Origin: Candidatus Saccharimonadota bacterium
Lineage (GTDB): Bacteria > Patescibacteriota > Saccharimonadia > Saccharimonadales > UBA4665
DNA: 64,000 bases
Direction of reading: 5' to 3'
Assembly: GCA_027327085.1 (NCBI GenBank)
Contig: DAHWAT010000001.1
Location: 3,867 to 67,866 of the forward strand
In this document: one piece after another, positions 37,628-47,895 of the stretch
Layout of the letters: the number at the start of each line of letters is the position of its first letter
Numbering within the stretch: the first letter of the stretch is position 1
Made by a program: the position numbers and the translations under genes
The notes under the pieces: model-generated
What the model was told of the DNA's origin: nothing
Seen by the model: the letters and a program-made list of their open reading frames with translations, nothing else
Databases searched by the model: none

Positions 37628-39940
37628 CTAATTATCTTGTTCTACCCAAGAACCATGCCGAGTTGGCCACCAATTCCATTTGCCTAGTATGGTTACAAAT
37701 GACGGGACAATCAGAGTTCTAACCAAGAAAGTATCCATCAGTATACCAATGGCTAGGCCGAAACCTATTTCTCTAACCTCCTGGTTAGCTGCTCCAGTAG
37801 AAATTACTCCCAGCACAGCAAATGTACCGGCTAAAACTAAGCCAGCTGAGGTAACTGTTGTACTAGTCGTATTTAGTGCTTCAATAACAGCTTGCTTTAA
37901 GCTTTTAGAGTGAGCTTCTTCACGAATTCGAGTCATAACTAAGATGTTATAATCCTCGCCTAGTGCTAGTAGAAAGATAAACATCAGAAATGGCAGTATA
38001 AAGACTACGCCACTGTTATGTTGAATATGCATAAAAATTATAACTGACACACCTAAAGATGCTAGATAAGATAGTACTACTGAAACAACGAGATAAATTG
38101 GGGCTATGAGTGACCTCATCAAAAAGGCCAGTATTATGCCTATAACTACTACGGCAATAGGAATAACTCTTATTAAATCATGATTAGAAGCATAACTAAT
38201 GTCATAGAATGCTGAGGCCTTGCCATAAATACCACTATCGACTGTGCCAGCTTTTTTAGCAATGACAGCTATAGCATTTCTGATAGTCGGCGTAGCGTTC
38301 ATAGCAGCCGTTGAACTAGCATTACCAGCCGATAAACCAACCGAAAACTGAACAGTTTGACCATTAGAACTAATGTAGCCAGAAGTTGCTCTATATAGCT
38401 GATAAATTGTCGGTTTAATAAAGCTTAGATTTTTGGGCTGCTCGGCCGGTAGTCGCCAAGGTGAACCAATTTTAGTATATAAACTACTTATTAGGCTTGG
38501 GCTAAGACTAAACCCGTTTGGTCGGAGTGGCCCAGTAACATGATTGAATTCACTACTGCTATCCATCAAGCTGGTTAATCTTTCTAGCTTCTGCGGGTTT
38601 TGCCAGGCAGAATAATTTAACTTAAATAAAACTGCCGTTGGGTTAGATGACTCACTCGGGAAATGTTTATTAAGCAAGGCAGTACCCTTGGCCGAGTCAC
38701 TACCGCTTGGTGGAGTGCTGCCCCCACTAAAGCCGCTAGCTTTATAGCCAGGCGCGAAGGCTGCCAAAACGGCAAAGAATATTACCCCAATAATTAAAAC
38801 ATGTACTGGTTTTTGAACTACTCTAGCGCTAACCTTACCCCAAAAACCAATTCGTCGGCTTTTATGATTTTGCGGTTTAGTAGGCCAAAAAACCGCTTTC
38901 TTAAAGACTGCTAGTAAAGCCGGCAGCAAAGTCAGTCCAGCTAAAAGCATTAGTGCTACACCAATTGCTAGGGGTAAGCCTAAGTTTGAATAAATCTTGA
39001 AAGTTGCAAATAGTAGCGATAATAAAGCGACAATAACGGTTGCTGCTGAAAAAGTAATCGATTCACCAACCCGACTTAAGGCTTTAATTATGGCCTCATA
39101 ACTATCTAAGCCATTTTCTAATTCCTCTCTAACTCTAAAAATCAGGAATAGTCCATAATCTGTGCCTGCGCCTAGTATCAGCACTGTTAGCAAAAGTTGA
39201 GCTAGAGACGAAACTTGCAGACCGTGCTTGGCGGCTTCAGCAATTAATGGACCGGCTGCTGTTACTACCAAAAGGGGTGGTAACAAAGTTATTAGTGGCG
39301 CAAGTGGCGCCCTAAATATAACGATTAGAAGTATTATTATGAAAATAACAGTCCCGATCTTAAGTTCTGAGTTCTGCTGACCTGAGCTTTTGGAGTTATC
39401 TACTTGAGTTGCTAAATTGCCTGTTAAATGAGCTTGTAGATCTGCCGGTAAATTAGCTTGCTTGATAGCCTGCCTAAGATTATCAATAAAAGTAGCTGGG
39501 TCGCTTGAGACTTTGCCTGAGGCATCTATTTCGATTATTTCCGCCTGATTATCTACGGAACGCCCCCTATTGGTGACTTTTTCGACATATTGAATACTGC
39601 TGAAATGTTGTTGAAGATTGTCGATCAAGTTTTGATCTTTGACGCTCAAGCCACTATTATTGGCAAAAATAACCGGCACAACTACAACATCAGATGGCTG
39701 AAAAGCATTTTCTAATTTAAGAGCCTTTTCAGTTGGAGAACTGGAAGGTAAAAAATCGGTATTATTAGATTGAGTAACACTGCCCAGACTTGGTAAGTTA
39801 TTTACAATAACGGCTACACCGATTATCCAAACGACTATTACTAGCCACCGAAAACGAACCGAAAAACGGCCAATTCTTTCAAAAAGCTTAAAGCCTAAAG
39901 ACTCGAGGTTAGAATCTATTTTGTTTTTTTTCACTCGCAT
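37628..39940 (-). CDS. MMPL family transporter
   Basis: GAGTDY..F...R.REE and LGEDYNI...RIREE; D...VR...VP. Confidence 0.9.
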   Translation of the reverse strand: MRVKKNKIDSNLESLGFKLFERIGRFSVRFRWLVIVVWIIGVAVIVNNLPSLGSVTQSNNTDFLPSSSPTEKALKLENAFQPSDVVVVPVIFANNSGLSVKDQNLIDNLQQHFSSIQYVEKVTNRGRSVDNQAEIIEIDASGKVSSDPATFIDNLRQAIKQANLPADLQAHLTGNLATQVDNSKSSGQQNSELKIGTVIFIIILLIVIFRAPLAPLITLLPPLLVVTAAGPLIAEAAKHGLQVSSLAQLLLTVLILGAGTDYGLFLIFRVREELENGLDSYEAIIKALSRVGESITFSAATVIVALLSLLFATFKIYSNLGLPLAIGVALMLLAGLTLLPALLAVFKKAVFWPTKPQNHKSRRIGFWGKVSARVVQKPVHVLIIGVIFFAVLAAFAPGYKASGFSGGSTPPSGSDSAKGTALLNKHFPSESSNPTAVLFKLNYSAWQNPQKLERLTSLMDSSSEFNHVTGPLRPNGFSLSPSLISSLYTKIGSPWRLPAEQPKNLSFIKPTIYQLYRATSGYISSNGQTVQFSVGLSAGNASSTAAMNATPTIRNAIAVIAKKAGTVDSGIYGKASAFYDISYASNHDLIRVIPIAVVVIGIILAFLMRSLIAPIYLVVSVVLSYLASLGVSVIIFMHIQHNSGVVFILPFLMFIFLLALGEDYNILVMTRIREEAHSKSLKQAVIEALNTTSTTVTSAGLVLAGTFAVLGVISTGAANQEVREIGFGLAIGILMDTFLVRTLIVPSFVTILGKWNWWPTRHGSWVEQDN

Positions 39941-40083
39941 TATTATCTCTAAACAGCAAATATATTGCAAGTTAAACTAAACCGATGCCATTTAGCCATA
40001 ATAAAAATTTAAAATTGTTTTCAATCGTTAATTAGATAAGGTATAAGTCGTCTATTAATAATTTATTGATCTACTTTTTGCTG

Positions 40084-40749
40084 TTAGTGTTCTTCATTAG
40101 AATCTCCGACCTGAGGAATTGGTTGTTGTGGCTGAGTCGGTGTAATAACCTGAGGCTGGGGAACGTCTGGTTGAGTTATTTGTAAGGGTTGTTGAGCTAT
40201 AACGGGATTGGTAGGTGAAACTGGCATAGTTGGTTGAGAAGGTTTGATTATAGACGCATTTACATTTGGCTGATAAATAGGCTGGGGTTGGATGCCATTA
40301 GAGGGGTTTGAAGCTGGCGATAAATTAGCCGTAGGAGACACTCTCTGTTTTTTATTAATAAGGAAGGTAGCTAAAATTGTTATTAAAACCAGTAAGCCAT
40401 CTACAAAAATCCATAAAACTGAATACCCGCTTATGTCAAAATTTGATGATCCACCATGACTATTAGAGCCAACGCTTCTACTAAAATAAGCGCCAAAAGG
40501 AAAGCCCCTAAAAGTCGCACCTATGCTCACATAAGTGGCTAGATTAACAGATTGAGCTGCTTGAGCATTTGACCCTGGCGTGATGCTGCCGAGACTGCCA
40601 GAAAACGACATATTTTCACTAGCTATTTGCCAATGGCTAGGCGTAAGAGAGTCAATGGTATTAAGTTTAATGGTGTCTTTATACAAAGAAAAAGGTAAGA
40701 CATTAAGTACAATGAGTAAAAGTGGTATTAAATAAAGTAGTTTCTTCAT
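40084..40749 (-). CDS. Membrane protein with P/Q-rich C-terminal tail
   Basis: Two hydrophobic segments, RGFPF motif, proline-rich tail. Confidence 0.65.
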   Translation of the reverse strand: MKKLLYLIPLLLIVLNVLPFSLYKDTIKLNTIDSLTPSHWQIASENMSFSGSLGSITPGSNAQAAQSVNLATYVSIGATFRGFPFGAYFSRSVGSNSHGGSSNFDISGYSVLWIFVDGLLVLITILATFLINKKQRVSPTANLSPASNPSNGIQPQPIYQPNVNASIIKPSQPTMPVSPTNPVIAQQPLQITQPDVPQPQVITPTQPQQPIPQVGDSNEEH

Positions 40750-40752
40750 GGC

Positions 40753-41268
40753 TTAGTTTTGTGATGACACACTATTAATAACAGCTCCATTACTGGTTTG
40801 AATAGCTTTCAAGATGTAGTTCTGGCAAGTCTTACTCGCAGTTGTACAGCCAGAAGGTGTTGCGCTATAAACGTATTTCACGCCAGCTGGAGGAGTAAAG
40901 ATACTTGCAAGTTGTTGTCCGCTTTCGGTTACCCCATTACTGCTGATTTGGAAATTACCAGATTGGTTAATCAGTTGAGTTGGTGATAAATCACTGGGGT
41001 AGTAAGAATTATTGGAAAAATAGGATTGAAGCATAGTTTGGATCATGGATAAATTTGCTAAAGTCTCACCCTGTAGCTTTGACGAGACATTACTATTGGT
41101 AGATGAGCCAGAAGAGGATAATGATGCCCTTATTTGTGCCGCTGTAAGCTTGGGTGCAGATTTTTTAACGCTACTATCCATTAAAATGCCTGCAACAGAT
41201 GCTATCAGAAACACTACTACTAATAAACTAGTGATTAAAGGTAACAAGGAAGTAATTTTTTGTTTCAT
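40753..41268 (-). CDS. Membrane-anchored protein with pilin/GspG-like C-terminal domain
   Basis: N-terminal TM; L.SYF..N.YYPSDL...Y.Y...P.GC....C..Y.L.A. Confidence 0.55.
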   Translation of the reverse strand: MKQKITSLLPLITSLLVVVFLIASVAGILMDSSVKKSAPKLTAAQIRASLSSSGSSTNSNVSSKLQGETLANLSMIQTMLQSYFSNNSYYPSDLSPTQLINQSGNFQISSNGVTESGQQLASIFTPPAGVKYVYSATPSGCTTASKTCQNYILKAIQTSNGAVINSVSSQN

Positions 41269-41707
41269 ATTTATTGTTATTCAATATTATCCTAATAATA
41301 GCATACTGTTTATTTGCAGAAAACTTTACCTGCTTGGACCATGCCCAACGTACCAACCTACTATTTATAACAGCCTATCCTCTGCATTAGTAAGCCCTGA
41401 CTAACTGGTTTATAAGCTTAACCACTTCACGCTTAATACCTCTTGGCTCCGGAGTTATAAGCCAAAGGCTTACTGTAATTGTACATAAGCTTATCTTAGC
41501 CAAGAAATTTGCTTCTTAAGTAGACAAGTTGTGTTTAATAAGGTTCTTGTGGGTATTAACTGAATTTCGCCGTAATGTTATGGTAAGCAAGCAGTATGCT
41601 CATTCTTAGCATATACAAAAGAATGGTGTTAGAGTATTAAGCCTCGTATAGTAGTAACAGACACAAACAGTGACTATCGAATAATTTAACAGGGGATGTT
41701 GTTTAAT

Positions 41708-41811
41708 TGGTAACCCCTTCAGTTGCCGCTTTCAACCACCCCAAAAGTGCAGCGTTACGGTTGCACACAACCTCTGAAGCATAACCTCTGCCAAGTCTAA
41801 TGCAGCAACTA
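41708..41811. repeat. att-like junction of tRNA-Arg(TCT) array, copy 1
   Basis: AACAGGGG...TGGTAACCCC mirrors AACAGGGG...TGGTACCCC at the tRNA end; TGG-N22-CAAC; homologous to 43797-43899. Confidence 0.75.
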
Positions 41812-41857
41812 GCCTACTGGGCTAGAGCCATATTGTATGTTGTCGACGTGCCTTGGT

Positions 41858-42832
41858 TTAGCTGTTTAGGGCCTCATGTAGTTTAGCTGCTTGAACCGCC
41901 ATCTCATGAAGTTCACTAGGTAACTGATTTACTGGTGCTGGAGCATTATCGCCCTTAATTTTATTCAATAAATCATTACCATAAGTTGCTATACCAACCA
42001 GACGATTAGCCGACAAGCTTGCCGATGCGGCAGCTATAGTCCGTGATGGTCTGTAGGTCCCACTAGTAACATGGACCAATGGGGAACTAAAATCACCACT
42101 AGCGTTAGTGACTTCGTTGACAATACTAATTACAGCAGCAGTCCCGGGTTGCCTGTCATATTTGCCCCCTTCTAAGTCCCTACGATTAATCTGCATAAGC
42201 ACAACGGGTGTACCGCTTATTTCACCAATAGCCTGGAATTGTCCAGATGGATCTTGAGAAACAGAATTATTATTATTTATATCATAGGCAGCGTTTAAGA
42301 CTATTGGCTCTGGATACTCAGTAAACCCAGGTAAAGCACGTGCTACATCACCAGCTACTTCATACTCAGTTCTTCCTACCCTTCCAAATAATCGTTGCGC
42401 ACTTGCAATCTCAGCTTCGTTTTTAAGCTCTCTATGCGGACTTGCACTTATTATAATAGATTTAGGCTGGGCAGACTCATCATCAACCACCATCCTTGCT
42501 TCGGCCAACATTTTATGAGGTTGTCCGCCCTCAATGATTGCTATAGCGCCAATAAAACCTTGTTCGCTCAAAGTAACATTCTCGGCTCTTCCAAAACCTA
42601 ATTCATTAGCTTTGGATAACAAAGCTGCCTTGCGATCATCGGTCAATTCAGGTATACCGGGACTTTCTGCTCGAACTTCTGTTGGCTTTGGGAACGCCTG
42701 TACAGGATCTGCATCAGGTGTCTCTGGGAAAGCTATAGCTACAGCTTCGCTTAATATACTTTCTGAATATGCCAATACTTGCTCTGCATATTGGCGTGGG
42801 GTTGGAGTTGTTTCGTAACCTTCTTTAGTCAT
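41858..42832 (-). CDS. Hypothetical protein (alpha/beta-like)
   Basis: 324-aa ORF with SD AAGGAGG; no family recognised with confidence. Confidence 0.7.
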   Translation of the reverse strand: MTKEGYETTPTPRQYAEQVLAYSESILSEAVAIAFPETPDADPVQAFPKPTEVRAESPGIPELTDDRKAALLSKANELGFGRAENVTLSEQGFIGAIAIIEGGQPHKMLAEARMVVDDESAQPKSIIISASPHRELKNEAEIASAQRLFGRVGRTEYEVAGDVARALPGFTEYPEPIVLNAAYDINNNNSVSQDPSGQFQAIGEISGTPVVLMQINRRDLEGGKYDRQPGTAAVISIVNEVTNASGDFSSPLVHVTSGTYRPSRTIAAASASLSANRLVGIATYGNDLLNKIKGDNAPAPVNQLPSELHEMAVQAAKLHEALNS

Positions 42833-42910
42833 AATAACGGTCCTTCCTTTATTGAAAACTTAACTAAATAAGATCTTATTATACATAATATATTAATATA
42901 GTCAATACAT

Positions 42911-42976
42911 TATTCACAAATAATACAAAGTTATAGGTGTAGAAATAATATTGTGAAATTGCTATTCACAAATAAT
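42911..42976. promoter_or_regulatory. Operator candidate in divergent promoter
   Basis: TATTCACAAATAAT twice (42911, 42963); TTGTGAA-N7-TTCACAA dyad 42951-42971. Confidence 0.6.
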
Positions 42977-42999
42977 TAAAAGTGTGGTAGTATACCTAT

Positions 43000-43791
43000 A
43001 TGGAAAAAACATTAATTGAAGCAGGACTTTCTAGATTACAGGCCCAAGTATATTTATATATGCTTGATAATGGTCCTGTTTCTCCGACTATTCTTACAAG
43101 TAATCTCAGCATAACGAGAACGAATGCGTATAAAGTGCTGGAATCGCTTGAAAAATTAGAGTTAGTAAAGCGTAGAACACAGAATAAAAAGGCTACCTAT
43201 TATCCTGAAAATCCAACTGCGCTAATCTCACTTATTGCTGAAAAACGAAACGACGTGATAGCTCTTGAGAAAAGTATCGATAAAGCAATGCGTACTCTTC
43301 AGAACAAGTACAGAAAGCAGAAAACAGACGTTTACGCAGAAGTATTGGTAGGGAAACAAGCCATTGTGGAGTCGTATAATAAGCAATCTCAACAGAGACA
43401 ACCAATATATTTTGTAAAAAGCAGATCCGATATACCTTTTATGGGGTTTGAGGTAATGGATGAAGTTCGACAAAGACAAGGCCAGCTTTCGACGGGTAGG
43501 TACGGCATAACTACCGACTCAGCCGAAGCCGCTAAAAATAAAGCCCTCGACAGAAGTACTAATTTAAGGAGGACTTGGATTAATGAAAATGATTATACCG
43601 TACCCATTGAGTGGTCGGTAAGTGGCGACATGTTAGTTATTCAAGTTTTTGAAGACGAAGGCAAAAGTGTAGTTATTAGAAGTGATTTAATTGCTAAATC
43701 GTTTATTCAGCTATGGCATTTAACAGATAAGGCATTGAGAAGCTCCATGGATTATAAAAAGCATCCTGTTAAGGCCTCAAGAGAAATTTAA
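43000..43791 (+). CDS. TrmB-family transcriptional regulator
   Basis: L...GLS..QA.VY..ML..G...I.RT.AY.VL.SL...LV wHTH; ENP..L. Confidence 0.85.
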   Translation: MEKTLIEAGLSRLQAQVYLYMLDNGPVSPTILTSNLSITRTNAYKVLESLEKLELVKRRTQNKKATYYPENPTALISLIAEKRNDVIALEKSIDKAMRTLQNKYRKQKTDVYAEVLVGKQAIVESYNKQSQQRQPIYFVKSRSDIPFMGFEVMDEVRQRQGQLSTGRYGITTDSAEAAKNKALDRSTNLRRTWINENDYTVPIEWSVSGDMLVIQVFEDEGKSVVIRSDLIAKSFIQLWHLTDKALRSSMDYKKHPVKASREI

Positions 43792-43796
43792 TAAGT

Positions 43797-43899
43797 TGGA
43801 TGTTTTCCAGACCCTGCTTATAGCCACCTCAAGAACGAGTTGCTTCACTGGCACTAGACATTTGACGCAACACCTCTACCATACCTAACATAGTAACTA
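43797..43899. repeat. att-like junction of tRNA-Arg(TCT) array, copy 2
   Basis: Colinear with 41708-41811 (25/36 identical over 43864-43899); starts 5 nt after TrmB stop. Confidence 0.7.
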
Positions 43900-43960
43900 C
43901 CGTACTTGCTTAGAAGTTTTAAAAACGTCGTCAATATACGACAAAGTTTGATACTATTTA

Positions 43961-44593
43961 ATGCAAATGGATGATTTAAATAATCAGACTGTAAAAGGCT
44001 ACGATAAGACAGTAGCAAAATACATAGATACATCTCCGCAGAAAGTAAATGGCCAACTTAAGGCCTGGATCAATAAAAACCTAAAACAAATCGATAAGAC
44101 AGCTAAAATCCTAGAGATTGGAAGCGGCTCTGGTAAGGATGCGGCTTACTTTGAATCACTAGGCTACAGGATGGAATTATCAGACGCCAGCCAAGGGTTC
44201 GTTGATTACCTGATAAAAAACGGTAAATCCGCTCGATTATTTAACGCTATTACCGATGAATTAGACGGTGACTATGACATGGTCTTTGCAGACGCAGTCT
44301 TTCTGCATTTTAATCCTGAACAACTAGAGAAAGTACTGCGCAAGGTTTTTAAAGCTCTAAAACCTAAAGGGCTCATAGTGTTCAGCTTGAAAGCTGGAAA
44401 TGGTGAAGAAGTGACAGACAGAAAGCTAGGTGTTAACCGTTACTTTTGTTATTGGCAAGCTGATGATATCAAAAAGCTTTTATTAAAAAATGGTTTTACC
44501 AACATTGAAATACAAACAATTGATGACTATAGGGGAAAAGATCGCCCAGATTGGCTATTAGTTAACGCCAACCGAGATAAAAACGATGTCTAG
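43961..44593 (+). CDS. Class I SAM-dependent methyltransferase
   Basis: ILEIGSGSGKDA, D.VFA.AVFLH, LKP.G. Confidence 0.9.
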   Translation: MQMDDLNNQTVKGYDKTVAKYIDTSPQKVNGQLKAWINKNLKQIDKTAKILEIGSGSGKDAAYFESLGYRMELSDASQGFVDYLIKNGKSARLFNAITDELDGDYDMVFADAVFLHFNPEQLEKVLRKVFKALKPKGLIVFSLKAGNGEEVTDRKLGVNRYFCYWQADDIKKLLLKNGFTNIEIQTIDDYRGKDRPDWLLVNANRDKNDV

Positions 44594-44755
44594 TAGACCT
44601 CAAAGCTAGTCAAGGTAAGATATTTAAGTTGTATATATTTTGAGAATTGACCTAACTGGATTCTAACCAATTTTAAGAAGTAAATGCTCTAAATTAGCCA
44701 GAATCATTAAATATTTAGAACTGCACAAACAGGGGTTGTCGTTATAAAGTCTTGA

Positions 44756-44832
44756 TGGTACCCCGGGAGGGATTCGAACCCCCGACCTTGAGCTTAGAAG
44801 TCTCCTGCTCTATCCAACTGAGCTACCGGGGC
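44756..44832 (-). tRNA. tRNA-Arg(TCT)
   Basis: Cloverleaf, loop CT-TCT-AA, CCA; two mismatches in anticodon stem. Confidence 0.92.
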
Positions 44833-44843
44833 TAGGATACTGC

Positions 44844-44918
44844 TGGTGCGGGTGGCGGGAATCGAACCCGCAACTCAATCTTGGAAGGATTGCATGAGAG
44901 CCATTTCACCACACCCGC
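44844..44918 (-). tRNA. tRNA-Gly(TCC)
   Basis: CAATC-CT-TCC-AA-GATTG; CCA. Confidence 0.95.
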
Positions 44919-44949
44919 GATAAACTAACAGAGGCGATTATATCACAGT

Positions 44950-46473
44950 CTAAATATCATGTAGAACTGTTATTTGAGCTCCTAAGCTATTAAGCCTTTT
45001 GGCTAAATCTTCATAACCTCTGTTTATAGTGTATACGTTTCGCAAAATGGACTGTCCCGGAGCCGCTAGCATGCCTATAAGAAGCATAACTGCTGGTCGT
45101 ATGCCGCTTGGACAAACTAGATCAGCACTTTTCCAACGAGTTGGTCCTTCTATAAAAACTCGATGGGGATCGGCTAACTCTAGATTAACACCTATCTTTT
45201 TAATCTCGGTGTACATGAGAGCTCTATCCTCGTAAACCCAATCGTGAATCAAAGTTCTACCGTTAGCCACCGCGGCAATTGGCACAAAATAGGGTAAATG
45301 ATCAATATTAAGCCCAGGGAAAATGTTAGGATGTATTTTTTCGACAGGAGCAACCAGTTTACCGTTATGTTTATGAATAGTTATGTCTACTAAATCAGTC
45401 TGTCCATTATCTGATTTATATTTACTGCTAATATCTGATTTAAGGCCCATTTTTTCAAGTTTTAATAGTTCCAGTTCAAGAAAATCTATAGGAGCTCTTT
45501 GTATGGTTATAGAAGAGTTAGTAGTAACCGCAGCAGATATAAAAGTCATAGCTTCGACCGGATCTTCTGCCGGAGAATAAGTTACGTTTCTAGAGATATC
45601 TTCTAAGCCTTGAACTTTAAGAGTACTGGTGCCTATCCCATCAATTTTGACACCTAGTTTTGTTAAAAAGAAACACAGATCTTGAACCATGTAATTAGCA
45701 CTGGCCATCTTGATGATAGTTTGACCAGGGGTACGTGCGGCTGCCATTAATATATTTTCGGTAGTTGTATCACCTGATTCATATAAAACAACATCTCTAA
45801 CAGGTAGTTGTCTATTGACACTAATTTCGTACTGACCTGACTTAGTTAAAACACCAACACCAAACTCTTCTAAGCCATAAAGGTGTGGTAAAACAGTTCG
45901 CCTACCTAGATCACAACCACCCGAATATGGGATATTAAACTGCTTAAAAAAATGCATCAAAGGCCCTATCAGCATTAAAACAGATCTTGTTTTAGTGGCA
46001 GCAGCTTTATCGATGTTCGTAAGGTCTAGCTTATTGGGTTGTTTAATTTCAAGGTCATTTTCGCTTGTCCATTTTATGCTAACCCCAATACTTGTTAACA
46101 CTTCAATGATACGGTTAACCTCTTCTATTCTGGCTACGTTTTTTAATCTCGTTACTCCACGATTTAAGAGGCTGGCGCATAATAAAGCAACTGTTGCATT
46201 TTTACTGGTTTTTAAGGTGATAGACCCGCTTAATTCATGTCCACCTTCAATTCTTAGATTAATTGCCCCTTCAGATAGGCTAATTAATTGTTTATTTAAG
46301 ACATCGCTTACCCGACCTAAGGTTTCCAAGCTAAGGTTCTGTCTACCGTGTTCCATGCGATTAACTGCACTTTGGGAGGTATTAAGTTGCCGGGCAAACT
46401 CGGCTTGAGTATAGCCTTTGTCTTGTCTTATTTGAGCAATTAAATGACCAATCTTTTCGTTAGTTGTCGGCAT
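44950..46473 (-). CDS. murA: UDP-GlcNAc 1-carboxyvinyltransferase with N-terminal XRE HTH
   Basis: TQAEFA..L.TSQSAVNRME HTH; SKNA, GGCDLG.R, TTEN, RGYE. Confidence 0.92.
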   Translation of the reverse strand: MPTTNEKIGHLIAQIRQDKGYTQAEFARQLNTSQSAVNRMEHGRQNLSLETLGRVSDVLNKQLISLSEGAINLRIEGGHELSGSITLKTSKNATVALLCASLLNRGVTRLKNVARIEEVNRIIEVLTSIGVSIKWTSENDLEIKQPNKLDLTNIDKAAATKTRSVLMLIGPLMHFFKQFNIPYSGGCDLGRRTVLPHLYGLEEFGVGVLTKSGQYEISVNRQLPVRDVVLYESGDTTTENILMAAARTPGQTIIKMASANYMVQDLCFFLTKLGVKIDGIGTSTLKVQGLEDISRNVTYSPAEDPVEAMTFISAAVTTNSSITIQRAPIDFLELELLKLEKMGLKSDISSKYKSDNGQTDLVDITIHKHNGKLVAPVEKIHPNIFPGLNIDHLPYFVPIAAVANGRTLIHDWVYEDRALMYTEIKKIGVNLELADPHRVFIEGPTRWKSADLVCPSGIRPAVMLLIGMLAAPGQSILRNVYTINRGYEDLAKRLNSLGAQITVLHDI

Positions 46474-46614
46474 ATGCAATAAATCTTACCATATATGGTG
46501 TTAAATTCAATAAAGTTTTTTGTTTTTGTAAATCTCTAATGTCTAATATAGCACGAATCGTCCAAGACAAGTCAAACTTTTAAGTCTATAATAAGTTCAT
46601 ATTGAGGAGGATTT

Positions 46615-47895
46615 ATGGTAGATAAACAAGTCGCTGATCTTATAGTCGCTGAAGAAAAACGACAACGAGAGGGGTTAGAATTGATTCCTTCCGAAAACTA
46701 CGTCAGCCGTGATGTATTAAATGCAATGGGGAGTGTCTTTACTAATAAATACTCCGAGGGCTTCCCTGGTAAAAGATATTATGGAGGCCAGGTAAATACC
46801 GACAAAGTAGAGCAACTAGCAATAGATCGTGCCAAAAAGCTCTTTAAAGCCGACCACGCTAATGTTCAACCACATAGCGGAGCACCAGCCAATGAAGCTG
46901 TTTATAGCGCCTGGTTAGAGCCGGGTGATACGGTTTTAGCTATGGATCTAAGTCATGGTGGGCATCTTACACATGGCGACCCAAGAACTCGTTCAGCTAA
47001 ACTATATAATTTTATCCCTTACAAAATGAAAGATCCGAATACTGGCGAAATAGACTATGAAAACTTAAGGAAATTAGCTAAAACTCATAAACCAAAAATT
47101 GTACTAGCCGGTTTCAGTGCCTATCCTCAGGAATTAGATTATGCTAAGTTCTCAGAGATTGGTAAAGAGGTTAATGCCTTGTTAGTGGCCGACATGGCTC
47201 ACATAGCCGGTTTAATAGCAGCAGGTGTTGCCAAAAATCCATTTGATTATGGCTTTCATGTCATAACTACAACTACCCATAAAACCCTTAGGGGGCCAAG
47301 AGGCGGCTTAATATTAAGCAAGGGTATTGTCGGCAACCCACTGCAGGCTCCACCAGAAAAAACTATTGAGAATATACCTACGTTAATTGATAGAGCGGTA
47401 TTCCCTGGGATGCAAGGCGGACCTCATGAGCATATCATTGCCGCTAAAGCAGTGGCTTTTGGAGAAGCTATGAAACCTGAATTTAAAACTTATGCCCAAC
47501 AAATACTGCTTAACGCTAAAACTTTAGCCGACGAGATGATTAAGCAGGGATTTATACTAGTTACAGGTGGGACAAGCAATCACCTAATACTAGCAAACGT
47601 AAAAGCCAGTTTTAATTTGGATGGCAGTCAGGTTGAAAACGTACTAGACAAAATTGGTTTAACTCTTAATAAAAACATGATTGCTGATGATCCTTTGCCG
47701 CCCTATAGACCTAGCGGTATTAGATTAGGGACTCCAGCTGTTACAACCAGGGGATTAAAAGAAAAAGATATGATCACCATAGCTAAGTGGATGAGAGCTG
47801 CTATAGATAATATTGATAACGAGCATAAACTTAATAATATAGCCAAAGAAGTACGTAATTTTGCTCTAAAGTTTCCTCTGCCTAGCGATCAATAA
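46615..47895 (+). CDS. glyA: Serine hydroxymethyltransferase
   Basis: LIPSENY, NKYSEG.PGKRYYGG, TTTTHKTLRGPRGG. Confidence 0.97.
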   Translation: MVDKQVADLIVAEEKRQREGLELIPSENYVSRDVLNAMGSVFTNKYSEGFPGKRYYGGQVNTDKVEQLAIDRAKKLFKADHANVQPHSGAPANEAVYSAWLEPGDTVLAMDLSHGGHLTHGDPRTRSAKLYNFIPYKMKDPNTGEIDYENLRKLAKTHKPKIVLAGFSAYPQELDYAKFSEIGKEVNALLVADMAHIAGLIAAGVAKNPFDYGFHVITTTTHKTLRGPRGGLILSKGIVGNPLQAPPEKTIENIPTLIDRAVFPGMQGGPHEHIIAAKAVAFGEAMKPEFKTYAQQILLNAKTLADEMIKQGFILVTGGTSNHLILANVKASFNLDGSQVENVLDKIGLTLNKNMIADDPLPPYRPSGIRLGTPAVTTRGLKEKDMITIAKWMRAAIDNIDNEHKLNNIAKEVRNFALKFPLPSDQ

